Origin: Octopus vulgaris | Taxonomy: Eukaryota | Reading direction: 5' to 3' | Length of the DNA: 64,000 nucleotides | Assembly: GCA_951406725.2 (NCBI GenBank) | Contig: OX597816.1 | Location: 118,730,001 to 118,794,000, forward strand | In this document: positions 52,150 to 64,000 of the stretch, one piece after another | Layout of the letters: the number at the start of each line of letters is the position of its first letter | Numbering within the stretch: the first letter of the stretch is position 1 | The notes under the pieces: generated by a model | The model's database searches: none | Told to the model about the DNA's origin: nothing | Seen by the model: the letters and a program-made list of their open reading frames with translations, nothing else | Made by a program: the position numbers and the translations under genes

Positions 52150-52717
52150 CTCTTTAGCATTTAATCTGGCCATATTTGGTTCAAAATATTGTACATCATT
52201 TATGTTCAGACCAGACAGATCTGGCCTCTCACATGTATCCTACACTGTCGTTCTAAAAATGCACAATCGCATCATCAAAATCTTAAAGCCACAAGATAAT
52301 GAATGATAAATTTAAAACAATCATCATTTATCATCTGTTGTCCATGCTGGCATGGGTTGGATGGTTTGACCAGGGTTGGTAAGCTGAAGGGTAGCACCAG
52401 ACTCCAGCTTGATTTGACATGGTTTCTCCAGCTGGATGCCCATCCTCATGCCAACCACTCCAAGAGTGTAATGGCTACTTTTATGTGCCACCAGCATAAG
52501 TGCCAGTTGTGAGACACCAGTATCTGCCACAACTACGATATCATTTGGCTTGACGAGTCTTCTTCTCAAGCACAGCCAAAGGTCTTGGTCAGTTGTCATT
52601 GCCTCCAAGAAGCCCAGTGCCTGAAATGTGCTTTTTACATGCCACCAGCATTTGGCCACACTGCCTCCATGAATAAATAAGCATTCCATTTGATACAATA
52701 ACCTGACCGCTAAAGGG
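52150..52717 (+). mobile_element. piggyBac-type MITE, family 2, carrying an inserted RTE-derived piece (~52320-52655, minus)
   Basis: TTAA-ctctttagc ... gctaaaggg-TTAA. The insert encodes the RTE end LGFLEAMTTDQDLW plus the (GAT)n tail. Confidence 0.8.
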
Positions 52718-55700
52718 TTAATGTCTTCTTATGTGCAAATTTTCGTATTTACTGGGAAGGGCAGTTTAAGGAGCAATATTTATATCATTCAAAAGGATAA
52801 GAAGTAAAACCTGCAATAAAGAATCACATTCATGTCTGACAGTAACTTAACAACAGTAATATTCTTCTAAAACCATACTGCCTGCCAGGTTATGCACCTG
52901 CATAATTTTGAAGAAAATCATATTTTCCCTAAAGTCAGACCCATACTGAGAAATGAAATTTTGCCAATTACAGATCCCCGCCGCCAAAAAAACAAAACAA
53001 ACCAAACCAAAATCCACAGTCACCAAAATAAGACTATGTTAGATTGGCCCATTAGTATTTGTGCCCAGCACCCCTTTACTCCACCCATCTGTCACAGAAT
53101 TAGTTTGAGGAACACATCCCAACTTGATCTCTTCAGGCTATTTGACTGCTACTGCCACTGCTGCTACTTTCATTTGCTGAAATACTATCCAACATTTTAT
53201 TATGTCCTTCAAACTTTTTGGATATATTCCCTCCAAACTGTATTTTTATTCTTTTATTGGATTCAGGCACTGGAGTACAATTAAGATGGGTTAGCACCCC
53301 TATGATTTCACATAAAAAAAAAAAAAGAAAAAGCTTCAAACTTAGTAATAGCAACATGCATTTCAATGATTTTCAAAATGTAGGGGATAAAAAAAAAAAA
53401 ACCACACAGTTTGAACTCGATATTTTAATTTAAAACAGTTTACTTCCAAAATTTTAAAAGAAACCAAACTATCAGCTATTTTCATGACTAAAAACTTACT
53501 CTTGTTTATTTTGATTCAGGTGTTCCACACAAGAGTGGAGGTGAAATAGAAAGCAAAATATACTAGATGAAACCAGGAAACTATATGATACTTGTTAATA
53601 ACTTGTGATATTTAAAGGAAAATTAACTCGTACATATTTTATAAGCCCAGGTGAGGCTGTGTGGCACCTTGAGCAAGTATCTTTAACTACAAGCTCAAGG
53701 CTGAGCAAAGCCTTAAAATTGGATTTGGTAGATGGAAACTGAAAGGCTGTCAAACATGCATGTATAGCTGTAAATGTGTCACTGTGTCTATGAAACATGG
53801 AGTTAATTTTTCTTAAAATAGTACATGAGCTATTAACCAGTATTACAGTTTCCTAGTTTTGTCTTTTATTCATTTCCAGCATGACTGGTGATGAGGAAAT
53901 ATCAACTTGCTTGGAAACAGATGATGGTTGGCAATAGTAAGGGCATCCTGCTGTAGAATATCTGCTTCAATAAACTCCTGACCCATGTAAGCATGAACAA
54001 GTGAATAATAAAAAGATGATTTCATTGACTTTACCTATACACACTAGTAATTAGAATAGTTTTGAGACAAAAATCCAATAATGAGTCTATGTAAGAACCT
54101 TTTGTAAAGTTGTATTCCAAACAACCCTTTGATACAGTAATAAATACAATAAGTTAAAATGGTTTTAGAAAACCAGTGTAAATTCACAATTGCTTCTCCT
54201 CCACTACCATGTCTCCCCCAACCAATGTCTACCCCATATTCTCTGTAGCCAATCATCTCTTCTCCTCTACCTTCCTTCTAACTCCTGTATTACTGCTCAC
54301 TCCCTAACCCTATCAAATTTCCAGTTGTCACCTACCCTATTTAGCTCCCACAAAACATTTTCAACACCTCACACACTCCCATACAAGCTCAACCTACCTA
54401 CACTCCCTCTTCTCTCATCACTCAATTTAGTCACCTTCTACCTAGATGCTCCATCTTGGCACCACACCACTTCTATTTTATCTCTTACTAGCTCCACCCA
54501 AGTAACTCTCTTCTGCAATGTAACTGAGTAGCTTGTCTACAGCAAGAAACCTGTTCAATTCTGGACCTATCTCTCTCAATTTAACATCTTATACCATAGC
54601 ATAAAGTCACTTCCTGTTTAGTCACAGGAGAACTTAGCCTTGCATGGTGACTTCACTATTGTGTCACAAAAAAAAAGAAAGAAAAAAAAAAGGGCCCACT
54701 ACAACCCTGTAAAGTGTTGGCATTAAGAAGAGCATCTAACTGTAGGCATCATACCAAAAGCAGACTCTGGAGCACAATGCAGTTTTTAAACTCTTTGGGA
54801 TCCTGTTGAACTGTCTAACCCATGCCGGCACAGAAGACGGATGTTAAATGATTATGATGATGATGACACACTTCACATGCAATGTTAAAAAAAACTACCG
54901 ATATGTTTTGCGTGCAGAGTTAAAAGTTACTAGTGCACTTTGTAAATAAATAAAAAAAAAAATTGGAAAAATATAAAAACTATTGCTTACCTTGTTTATC
55001 GTGAATAACATGTTTTTCAAGCATTACTGTGGATTTTCTAAAACCTTAAATTATAGTTTTAAAAATCCACAATGCATCTAGTTACCCCTGCAGAGCACTG
55101 TCTGAAAACCACTGCTCCAAGTCTAAACTAACCACACTATACTAATATCTTCATAGTTAACAGAAAAAATTCTATATAAATTTATAAAGCAAAATAACAA
55201 ATGGCTATTTAATTCTATGTGCACCAGAAAAAGGCTCTGATGAGATCTTTAAAGCTGAAAACAATCAAGAAATGGCATTTTAATAGTTCTTTATTTATGA
55301 ATTATTGCGTTTCATACAGTCTTAGAATGGTCAGTAGCAACAGGTACTAATTAAGTGGATCTGAGATTTATTTAATACATTATACATTCTGGCTTTCATG
55401 AACCAACATATTTTGCTGAAACTGAGTTTCCATTAAAAATTAAATCACAGAACAGCAAACAAATATTCAAAGCAATAGCTAAAGTTATTTCGATGATGGC
55501 CATCTGCAACAAGTTCAACTGATTCTTTTTTTTAGGTTAAAGGTTAATAGACACACAGGAGAAAAGGTGAAAAGAAGAAAGAAAGAAATGAAGAAGCAAT
55601 TTATGGTATTGTAAATCAGACACTGAATATCTTTAAAGTGTCAAGCTTGTATTTTCTGAAAACCATATAAATGAATATGAAGATGTGTAGATGTAAATTC

Positions 55701-55750
55701 AAGTAAATATTTAGAGACACACATACATTCATACACACACGCCTATTTAA

Positions 55751-56793
55751 CCCTTTCGTTACTATATTTCTGACCAAAATACACCCGTTAAGTGTTTCAA
55801 TTAATTTCTAACATAATCATAAATTTAGTCTGGTTTCATTAAACAACTATAACTTTTTTTATTTATCAATATATTAATGTGATTTTTGGAAGATAATTTA
55901 ATGAAATGTTCTCAACCAATTCTATACTATAATTTTTGTCACAAAGTGACTCTAATTGCAGGTAGATACAGGTAAATTCAACAAAATATAAAATTATTAA
56001 AATTTTGTTCAAACATCGCTATAGAAAATGGGTTATTAGCTAATATTCAATTGGGTATACAACAAAATTTTACGATAGAATTTGTTATTCTGGGTAACTT
56101 TCTGATACCCATAATAATATTTATGGCAAAATAGTCTTAATTTCATTTAAGGTTGTGGGAAACCACTAACTATCCTTTCTTTCGCTTTGTTTACATTTAG
56201 TGTAACGGTTCGTTTCCGCCGTAATGATTTCAAATAGGCTCATTCGAAAAAGTAAAAAGAAATAGTCTAAGGCTTTACTCTCCTGGGAAAGTCTGTGGCT
56301 TGGTCCAGTTTCTTCAGAAAAATCACCGAAAGAAACAGTTTTTAAATTTTCACTCCATTCAGGTGCCAATTCATTTTCTTTATCGCTGTCGGAGCTCTCG
56401 GATTCACTGTTTTCACTTTCGGAAAATGAAACATCAGATTCATTATCAAATACCACGTGCTTTTTTTTTTCAGTCATAGAGTTAGATTTATCAAGGTCTT
56501 CAGTAGAAAATCCTTCGAATTCTGACTCGCTGCTTGATATAATGAAATTCGTATCCATTTTTCGTCAGAATTATAAATTTTGAAAACACAATAGGAACAA
56601 ATTTCGGAAAAAAATCTCCCAAAATTCACGGAATTAAAATTGCACTTCGATTGTTGTACAAAACTGTAGATGAACTGTTTATGAAGTATAATACGTGTTT
56701 TCACGAATGTACTAAAGAGATTTGCTCTGATATTCTCATTTAAATATGAATAGGTAAATACGGGCGGGTTTGGGCGGTTTGGTAACGAAAGGG
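55751..56793 (-). mobile_element. Internally deleted piggyBac element with perfect ends
   Basis: TTAA-ccctttcgttac ... gtaacgaaaggg-TTAA, a perfect 12-bp TIR with TTAA TSD. It is CpG-rich relative to its flanks. Confidence 0.95.
56166..56558 (-). pseudogene. piggyBac (PGBD4-like) transposase N-terminal fragment
   Basis: Acidic Ser-rich N-terminus, then FSEETGP..ALDYFFLLF..IITAETNRY, then a stop followed by WFPTTLNEIK. The catalytic DDD region is absent. Confidence 0.85.
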
Positions 56794-57536
56794 TTAAATA
56801 AGGTAAATGCATAAAGGCAATGCAACATCGGTTGCAAATACAATATATATTTTAATTTTACCAAGTATATTCAATCGGCTTTACCGACATAACCATAAGA
56901 AGTTAAAAAAAAATCTTCTGGGCTAAATTGACTAGAACCTTAATTAGTTTTAAAAACAAAACAAAATTTAAAAAAAAACGGTACATGAAGAGAAGTGATA
57001 TGTAACATTGGTGAAGGATCCATTCAAAATCTTTTAAATTTCTTCTCTTCATGGAATATATACTATTGCACCCTTTTCTGTTTTATGAAGGAATCAAATG
57101 TGAAATACATGGGAAATCAGAGGAAATAGTGTATGGCTGTGACAAATCAGTGTCTTTGCAGTTTTAGTTTAGAAGGGTTTCATTACTTTCCAGATTGAAT
57201 TCGATTTAGAAATGGGGTTTAAAATGTCAAGGTCATGCTAAAAGAGGTAATATATATGTCTACTATAAGACAAAAAATTTGTAGCACAAACCACAGGAAT
57301 CAAAGCTAATGCTTGCTATAAACTGTATAGCCATTGCTAACAAATGCACCAAACAACATTGCAAGTTGAACCACACAAAAGTCTTAACCTAACACACTGG
57401 GATTCCAAATACCAAGAGCTTGTTAGTAGAGACCTCAGTCCATACAGTATCAAGGCATGGCATGTAATATATATTTCTTTCATGTATTTATTAAATACAT
57501 GTAGAAGGAGTAGCATATAAATTTTGCATAAAATTC

Positions 57537-57748
57537 TTTTCTACTCTAGGAACAAGGCCCAAAATTTTTGGAGAGGGGGCCAGTCGATTAGATCGACCCC
57601 CAGCACGCAACTGGTACTTAATTTATTGACCCTGAAAGGATGAAAGGCAAAGTCAACTTTGGCGGAATTTGAACTCAGAATGTAAAGACAGACGAAATAG
57701 CACTCAACATTTTGCCCGGCGTGCTAATGTTTATGCCAGCTTGCCACT
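57537..57748 (-). mobile_element. Family B SINE, well preserved
   Basis: gtcgattagatcgacccc..ctggtacttaatttattgaccctgaaaggatgaaaggcaaagtc..ggcggaatttgaactcag. Confidence 0.9.
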
Positions 57749-57890
57749 TTTGCACAAAATAGTGTATTTTTAGTGTCAGTGATGTTTGAGTGGAATTCTT
57801 TATCAACCAGGTAGGACAAGGCAAATGAAGTCATGTTGTGAATCTTACATACCTAGAGGCACATCATAGTAGGTGTACTAAGATTTAAAT

Positions 57891-58152
57891 CAGTGTTTCT
57901 CAACCATTTTTTTTTTACTTATAGACTTGTTTGATTTCTCTTTTACTCAGATGAACCCTTCTGGCCATTTGATATTTTAAAAAATCCTACTGCATTTTTA
58001 TAAATAAAATATTATTAAGAATTGTATTAAAAAAAAATGTTAAAATATTTTGTGTATTGAAGAAGTATAACCAATTTATTGCATATAAATGTTAACAAGA
58101 AAATCTTACATGGATCCCTTAAGGGCATGTGGACCCCAGTTGAGAACCAGTG
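57891..58152. mobile_element. hAT (Charlie-type) MITE
   Basis: TIRs cagtgtttctcaa and ttgagaaccagtg, with an 8-bp TSD atttaaat / atttaaac. Confidence 0.85.
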
Positions 58153-58275
58153 ATTTAAACTATCATAGTTTGATGTAATGTGTGTTGCACAGAATCCTAA
58201 ATTAACATAACAGCAGAAGAGAAATGGAGGATAAGTAATTCAAAGGGTATTATTCAAATATGAAAAATGCAATAA

Positions 58276-60265
58276 CCCTTTAGCATTCAAACCACCCAAT
58301 TGCAGCCAAAATAATTCCCCCTTTATTTGTTTAAACTGGCTGTATTCAGCTTCTCTAAGAAATCAATAAATAAACAAATGAATCATGTAATTGAATCCTT
58401 GTAGCTTTGAGATAATATGAGATAAAGCCTTTCCTGCCTTTATTCAAGTATAAATACTGTGAAATTTTTGAGATCACATAGTTTTTTCAACATCTGAAGT
58501 GGCATCAGCAAGTAGTGATTCTGATTTTGTAGGTCTTACACTTAATGATTTACAGAATGTAAAAGTAAACAACAGTGATTTGTCTTTGGGTGAATCTGAT
58601 ATTTTTGATATAATGAATATTTGTTGGACAAGGGAGATCTTGATAGTGTAAATGAAGAAAATATTCAAGATGACATTCAAAACATGACAGCAACATGGTT
58701 GATAGTTAAAACATCCATCACAATTGCAGATTTTACAGAAAAGACTGGTCCACATCACAATTTGCATCCCAATGCTCAACCCTTTTCGAAACTGTCACAG
58801 AGGAAATACACACATGTCCAATGAATGATTTCTACTCATGGAAGGCCTGATCAACTATGGAAGCCAACCAATACTGCAGAAATATGAGCTTTTTTTTTTT
58901 TACTACAGTTTCCTAGATTGTGGAACAACTGGAACCCAAATATAAGGTATGGTAACCCATATATATCTAGTATCATCTTAGTATTTACAACCTGACTCAG
59001 CTAAATTCCCTAGCAGGAATGAACCCAACTATGATTACCTATATAAAGTGCATCCAACTATTGATTTACCATCTGAAAAGTATAAAACTGTATATGAGCT
59101 GGGGGAAAAAATCTCAATGTAGATGAGTTCATGATAGTGTATAAGGGTAGAGCACATTTTTGGCAACATATATCTGTCATACCCATTAAACAGGGCTTCG
59201 AGATATGGGAGGTATGGGAATCAGACAGGGTATTTTTGCTAACTTTGATATCTGCACTGGGAAAAAAATATAATGGAAACAGACCAGATGGATTGGAGTA
59301 TGACATTCTCCAGATGCAAAAGAAAATTGGCTAGTCACCTCATGAAAGCTTTTCTTCCAGAAAACATTGAACTGGGAAAAAAAAGCTAAATTAATTGAGG
59401 TGGATGTCAATGGAGAAAATATGGACTTCCATAAAATGGAAAAAAGTTTGTAGAGGTATGTGCATCAGACAGGGTATTTGTGGTATTTTTTAACAGCTAC
59501 ACTGGGAAAAAATATAATGGAAACAGACCAGATGGATTGAGGTATGAAACCTTGTTTGAGTTCATGTCACAAAATGCCCTTGTGTTTTACACGAGTGATT
59601 TGGATGACAAAAATATTGCACAATTATATTTTCTAGTTTGAGAGAATTACAATTATATATTCCTTTCATTTTATTACAAAATAACATGTGAAGATGAGAA
59701 ATACATAATAATTTTTACTTTGTTACACACCTGTATTCACCTATGTCTCATTTATTAACGAACATTTTTATTAGATACATTCTGTTAAGTAAATGTACAC
59801 ATTACATTGTATGAAAAGATCACTGCCAATAGTATATTGACTAGTAAAAGAATTTTGTACTTTATTTTCAATGAAAATGATTGAATGAAATATAGTGAAA
59901 GAATAAAATCTTCTACTGATTATAATTGTATTTTAATTAAAATTAATGTACTTGATCTCACAAAGTGGTAAAATTGTTGGAGATTGACATCTGGCATAAT
60001 TTTAGTAACAAATCAAACAGGTAAGATACACAAAAAGTTTCAATTTTAGTATTTATCCATAAAGTTATTGTTAATTAATTTTAATTGTCCATAGAAGTCA
60101 AATTTAACCAAAAAGATCAGTACTGATAAAATTTCAATTCTGTATGTAAAAAAATTAACAAAATTAAAAGTAAATATTGTGTACATCTCTCTTAAACCTG
60201 ATTAATTCAAAATAATGCGAACAAATAAGTATTACGTTTGACAGACTAATCTGTATGTTAAAGGG
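58276..60265 (+). mobile_element. Decayed piggyBac element (parent type of MITE family 2)
   Basis: ataa-ccctttagcat ... atgttaaaggg-TTAA. Transposase remnants include SSDSDFVG, DFTEKTGP and VDEFMIVYKGRAHFWQHISVIPIKQGFEIW, which resembles IDESMIxFKGR..QY.P.KP.KWGIK.W. Confidence 0.85.
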
Positions 60266-60987
60266 TTAATGCAGATGTATATATGTGAGGCCTCATCTAT
60301 CATTAAAAATTTCATGTGGAGTCTTTCATCCAGAAATATAGAATACTTAAGATTGGAAGCTTCTTAAATGGCATCCAGATTTACTTCTATCTTTATTAAA
60401 GCTGGTAAAATGAAGTGTAAACATGTAATGATGGCATCATGAGTGGTAGAGCAAGAGTTAAACACCAAGAAAGCTGAAGCAACAGTTACAGTGATTTCTA
60501 TCATCTCTGGCTAAACCCATTCTTACCTCACCTTGATAATGCCTTTAAGTAACAGATAAAACAGCACAACATCCAATTCTTTATATATATATATATATAG
60601 TCCACAGACAAGATCCAGAGATTTTTAGTATATAAGACAGTAGTGCTTAAAAAGATTCAAACTTGGGCTCTGAAATCTTTACAGGGGACAAGTCACCATC
60701 ATCAGAGTAGAGGAGATCTTACAGTTCAGATCTTAAAGCAGAGGAATTCAAAGAAACAGCTGTTAGACTTTAACACCTTTCTTCCATTCCTTTAATTTTC
60801 TGTCATGTGTAAACTGGATCTATTAATATAAATATCCATATATTTGTACTTAAATATTCATTGTCTGACCGTTTCCATATTTTGCTTTCTATCATTTTTC
60901 ATGTATGCATATATACATATTTTGTGTTTCATGCCCAAACTATTATATTACACTGAATATATCTAATTTTTTTATCTGCATAATTGC

Positions 60988-61028
<41 letters not shown>

Positions 61029-62174
61029 GACCCCACTTGCCCTAACCAAAAGAAACCAGTGACAACAACAAGTACAAAGATGAAAGTACGGAACAAACAC
61101 CATTGCCTTTCTACAGTGGAGTTACCACTTGTTGGTGAGGGTGAGTGGAAAATGATGGGAGCCCAACTCACAAAAGCCTGTTTAGTTTCTTTGTAATGAA
61201 CTTTTGCTGACAGTTTGAATGTGAAGAGTAGGAAAGAGTGCTTAGAAAAATTGTTCATCTGAGTGTGTGATTTTTGAAATTGCAGTTTACGTTCACTCTC
61301 ATTTCTATCGACCAGTCAGTCACATTGTTTCCAATCAAATTACCTTACCAACAAACATGTATCTCTCACTCTATCACCTTCTTACCCCTATTATTCCAAT
61401 TCTCTCTTAATGATCATTCCTCTTATCAACTCCTCACAATGGCCCACTTTCCACCCATTAGTGCAAGAAAAAAAGGAAAAACAAACTGAGACAATACAAG
61501 AAAGGAGGTACTCTCTAGTGCCAGTGCTACAATAAAACATGTTTAGTACCCCTTGTAAAGTAGTTGATGATAGGAAAAGCATCTAACCATAGAAGTCAAA
61601 AATTAATACATACGAGTGAGACATAGTTCACAACCCATCAAAAAAGGGCAGTACCTCTAATTCTGAATATGAAGTGACTTGGACTGTAAAGACTTGTCCA
61701 ACCCACGCCAGCATGGAAAAACAGACATAAAATGAGGATGTGGAGAAGTAACATGTTAAAGGAGATTTGTCTCGTTAGAAGCTAATTTATTAGCAATGTG
61801 CACTTATTGCCACACAACTAATTAATGCAATGTGGGGGATCTTAACATTATCACCTCATATATCAGTCAATTATTACACCTGTGTGATAAGAGAGCTTTA
61901 GTAAAACTGACTGGAATGCACAAAAACAGCTGTAGCAGACATCTATAATACAATTAGCTGTTTATCTATTCTTCTCTGAAGTGCATTAACAGATATGGCA
62001 CTTTCACTACATTTAAATTTTGTGGAAATACTGATAGATAATTTACTTAACTGAGATATGATACTGTCCTTGTGAAAACACTAATAGGTCGAGGTGTTGG
62101 TTTAATATTGAGTTGAAATTTCCATAAGTTTAACTGTCCATGTATAAATTGTATACGCACACATACATATATAA

Positions 62175-62365
62175 GGTTAGCATGCTGGACAAAATGCTTA
62201 GCAGCAGTTCATCCATCCTTTTGTTCTAAGTTCAAATTCCACTGAGGTGACTTTGCATTTCATCCTTCCAGGGACAATGAAATAAGTACCTGCTAAACAC
62301 TGCGGCTGATGTAATTGACCAGACCCATCCCTGAAATTTCCAGGTCTTGTGCCTATAGTAGAAAG
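62175..62365 (+). mobile_element. Family B SINE, 5'-clipped
   Basis: gttagcatgctggacaaaatgcttagc..gttcaaattcc..tttgcatttcatcc..aaataagtacc. Confidence 0.8.
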
Positions 62366-62761
62366 GAAGCACATGCACACAGACAGAGATGTGGTTTACT
62401 TCCCAAACATATTGTGCAAGGTCCAGTCACACTGCACAGCATCTTGGGTCTTCTATTATAGCCCTGGGCTGATCAAGGCCTTGTGAGTGAATTGAGCAGA
62501 CAGAAACTGAAAGAAGCCTGTCACATATACATAAGTACAAACATGTGCACACACACACACACACACACACATGTATGTATATGCATGTTTAAGTGTATGA
62601 GTTCTTGTGTTTATCCTTGTCTAAACATCACACAAAGGTCATAAATGAGCATCACTGTCATACAAATGAGGTTGTTTGTTTCTAGTCTTCTGTGAAAAAC
62701 ATGCCTGGCCATGGGGAATCTCACCTTGCTTGGAAACAGGCCTGGCAACAAGAAGAACATT

Positions 62762-63045
62762 TCATCATCAATCATCATTTAACGTCCGACTTCCATGCTG
62801 GCATAGGTTGGACGGTTTGATAGGAGCTGGCCAGTTAGAAGACGACCCCAGGCTACTCTGTTTTGGCATGTCTTTACAGATGGATGTCCTTCCTAACAAA
62901 CCATCCTGTAGAGTGGACAGTGCTTTTTACATAGCACAAGCATAGATGAGGTCAGTTTTACCATGGTTTTTACAGCTGGATGCCCTTCCAAACGCCAACC
63001 ACTTTACAGTGTGGACCAGATGCTTTTTACGTGGCACCAGCAGGG
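62762..63045 (-). mobile_element. RTE-tail repeat with two tandem core units
   Basis: catcatttaacgtccgacttccatgctggcat, then two acag.tggatg.ccttcc units. Confidence 0.75.
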
Positions 63046-63705
63046 TCACAAAGTAATTTGCAAGACAAGGAACTCTAAGAGGGGAGAGGGCATTGGAGGA
63101 AGTGATCTTGTGTCAGATGATAGAAGGTTAGAATGTGACAGAGACAGAGAGGGAAAAACAGGTGTCTTGCTATGTAGTAAATCACAAATCACACCTGAGC
63201 CATGCAAGTATAGAAAAGTGGATGTTAAAATGATGATGAAAGTTGTATGTATATTATTTATAAAAAGATAAAGAAGAACATGAATAAATTTTATTTGATT
63301 AATCCTTTTCAGTACAGTTTGCTGCAAGTATCCACCAGTTACTAAAGATTTAACAATGGTCTTTTTGGGACAATGAAGGTGGAAAAAAAAAAAAAAAACT
63401 TTCACCCCCCCACCACTCTTTTCCCAATCCTTCACAATGAAACAGCAGACTGCTGGCCAAGTCAACATGATTTTTATTTAGACTGTTTTCTTCAGAGCAT
63501 CTAGAACTACGCAATTACAACTTAAAAAATTCACTTTCTAACACCTTTCACTTCACATACAAATCACAGCTGTTTCTAAGAAGTATGTTAAAAAGATTGT
63601 AACATGAAGGAAATAATGCATTCCATTTAAATTCTTTTTCAAAATTTTTTTTACTTAAATTTGTAAAAATGTAAAGAACAAATTATCAAAATATCATCTA
63701 CTCAC

Positions 63706-63822
63706 ATGAAATGGTAAATTGAGACGCTTTTTCACATCTAAACGATATGCTCGGAATTCATCTTCATCATGGATATTCACAGATTTCAGCCTAAGGATTT
63801 CATAACATCTTCTTGCTTGTCG
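63706..63822 (-). CDS. HAT1: HAT1-like histone acetyltransferase (type B catalytic subunit), penultimate coding exon
   Basis: 117-nt phase 0/0 exon between a ttttaaacAG acceptor and a GTGAGT donor. It encodes RQARRCYEILRLKSVNIHDEDEFRAYRLDVKKRLNLPFH, which aligns without gaps to the recalled human HAT1 segment QHARRVYEILRLLVTDMSDAEQYRSYRLDIKRRLISPYK. Confidence 0.93.
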
Positions 63823-64000
63823 CTGTTTAAAAATGAGTGTGAAAAAATATATATGTATACAATCTGACTGATGTGAGCAGTAGATGTTAAAATAATGATG
63901 ATGATGATATATATACTGGTCCATCTCATAAATAATGCGGTTCTTTTACATTTATTTTTCAAAATTACGATAAACAATCTTTTTTAATCTAAAATATACT

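Noticed and set aside
52892-53284. 130-aa plus-strand ORF
   Set aside because: Low-complexity composition, no recognisable motif or splice context, and antisense within the HAT1 intron.
54985-55075. 47-nt minus-strand exon-like segment with an AAG/GTAAGC donor inside the HAT1 intron
   Set aside because: It would frameshift HAT1, has no HAT1 similarity, and its acceptor sits in a short inverted repeat next to a MITE-like end.
55233-55270. CTGATGA...GAAA hammerhead-like string
   Set aside because: Stems I and III do not pair convincingly. It is at best a very decayed copy.
56558-56620. piggyBac exon trap giving a HAT1-transposase fusion (CSB-PGBD3-like)
   Set aside because: The nearest upstream AG is a weak GAG and is followed by an in-frame TAA before the ATG. 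I found no good phase-0 acceptor in the ORF start, and the transposase is truncated.

Overview
This is AT-rich, microsatellite-dense eukaryotic DNA. The SINE families and repeat style suggest an octopus or other coleoid cephalopod (inference). One host gene is recognisable on the minus strand: the last two coding exons of a HAT1-like histone acetyltransferase (63706-63822 and 34470-34793), joined in phase 0 across a ~28.9 kb intron. Read to its stop, the second exon adds a ~60-aa Ser-run/basic/His-Lys tail beyond the point where known HAT1 proteins end, but a GTAAGG donor at that point may allow an alternative ending. The rest is mostly transposon debris: three tRNA-derived SINE families, RTE LINE 3' ends and many short RTE-tail copies, a CR1/L2-group RT fragment, and Penelope-like (PLE) fragments. 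DNA transposon remnants include mariner, maT/Tc1, hAT and piggyBac elements with matching TTAA MITEs. The best non-coding signal is an apparently intact type I hammerhead ribozyme at 4682-4742 (minus) in a PLE terminal repeat, facing a decayed inverted twin. I see no convincing new multi-gene system. Most ORF-track entries are repeat artefacts, and repeat boundaries are approximate unless TIRs or TSDs are quoted.
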